Of a stretch of 64,000 nt of DNA, positions 62,810-64,000 are shown piece after piece. Where the stretch lies: NCBI RefSeq assembly GCF_036321535.1, contig NC_087437.1:31622001-31686000 (forward strand). Direction: 5' to 3'. The translations under genes were made by a program, and so were the position numbers. Within the stretch, counting starts at the first letter, position 1, and each line of letters starts with the position of its first letter. The DNA comes from Camelus dromedarius. Lineage: Eukaryota. Under the pieces are notes generated by a model. That model had not been told where the DNA came from. It did not search any database and was given only the letters and a program-made list of their open reading frames with translations.

Positions 62810-63450
62810 ATTTTATTTTTTTATAAATTGTTATTGAAGTGTAAACATATATAAGAGAAAAATGCACAAATAATACATGTACAGATAAATTAAATTTCAC
62901 AAAGTGAACTTCCCATGTAATCAGCACCCCAGTCATGAACCTGAACATTAACATCCTCCCAGGAGCTCTCTTGTACTTCTCTTACTGTCACCCACCCAAA
63001 AGAATCTACTAATCTTGACTTAGAACACCATCGATTAATCTTGCCAATTTTTGATCTTTATATAAATGGAATCATATGGTGTGTGTTCTTTTATCTGGTT
63101 TCCTTCACTCACCATTATATTTGTGAGATGCATCCGTCTTGTCGTGTGTAGCTGCTGTTCATTCTTATTGCTGTTTGGCTTTCCATGGGATGAACATACC
63201 ACAATGGATTTATCTGTTCTACTGTGGATGGGCATTGGGTTATTTCCAAACTACCATGAATAATAGTGTGCATGTCTTGGTTAATATATGAGCACATTTT
63301 TCTGTTGGGTATGTACCAGGTGTGGAAATTCTGGGGCATAATATTATGCATATGGCCAGGTTTAGTAGATCATACTATTTATTCAAAATAGTTATGTTAA
63401 TTTATATTCCCACTAGGAGTGTTTGAAAACTCTTGTTGATCTGTAAATTA
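62810..63450 (-). mobile_element. Old L1 (L1MD/ME-like) 3' end
   Basis: aaaatgcacaaataatacatgtacag...aatttcacaaagtgaac...tataaatggaatcata...ctactgtggatgggcattgggttatttcca. Confidence 0.8.
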
Positions 63451-63734
63451 CAACTTGCTTTTCTTTTTCCTTCTTATTAAGTCTTGGTATTCTTTCCATG
63501 CTAGGACATAGATATCTATTTCATTAAAAAATTTTTTTGTATAATGTTCCATAGGAACATAAGTTACTTAATGTTCTTCTAATATTGACCATGAAGGTGT
63601 TTCTTTCTATTTTTGCTATATAAAAATTGCATAACTTCCAAAATCTAATATGCACCCACCTTTTTACACCGTAATTTATAATACAGATGTATTTGACATG
63701 TACACATTATTCATTGTATGTGTACAAATGATTC

Positions 63735-64000
63735 TTTTTTTAAACTTTTTATTTTGAAATAATTTTAGACTCACAGAAAGTTCCAAAAGTAGTACAGAGA
63801 GTTCCCATATACGCAGCTTACCCTAATGTTAACACCTTTCACAACTATAGTACAATTATAAAAACTAAGAAATTGACATTGGTATAATACTATTAACTAA
63901 CCTACAGAATTTGTTTGATTTGATCAGTTTTGCCACTAACGCCTTCTTTTCCAGTCCAGGACTCAATCTGGAATCATAGAGTGCATTTAGAGCATTTATC
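63735..64000 (-). mobile_element. Old L1 (L1MC4-like) 3' end, runs off the window
   Basis: ttttattttgaaataattttagactcacagaaag...gtacagagagttcccatatac...aagaaattgacattggtataatactattaactaa. Confidence 0.8.

Overview
AT-rich, repeat-dense mammalian (eutherian) genomic DNA, not prokaryotic. The only host coding sequence I recognise is one internal 215-bp exon of LEKR1 on the + strand (11810-12024). The rest of the window reads as LEKR1 intron, filled with LINE-1 copies of many ages (mostly antisense to the gene), plus CR1/L3, L2, MIR, MaLR/ERV LTR and hAT-like remnants. I saw no Alu, B1/B2, Bov-B/Bov-tA, PRE-1, CAN or ERE SINEs. That absence and the young L1 3' UTR suggest a cetartiodactyl, possibly a camelid (inference only). 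I found no new multi-gene system. The best oddities are small and mechanistic: (1) a tailless 5'-half tRNA-Glu(CTC) retrocopy with a perfect 17-bp TSD; (2) a template-switch 30-bp-stem hairpin inside an L1; (3) a young 5'-truncated L1 with an intact 671-codon ORF2 segment, TSDs and only in-frame deletions; (4) a tail-less, TSD-less L1 fragment inverted relative to it; (5) a tail-only insertion with an 18-bp TSD; (6) a probable captured mRNA 3' end; (7) a possible intronic-polyadenylation isoform of LEKR1. Boundaries and subfamily names of old repeats are by eye and approximate.
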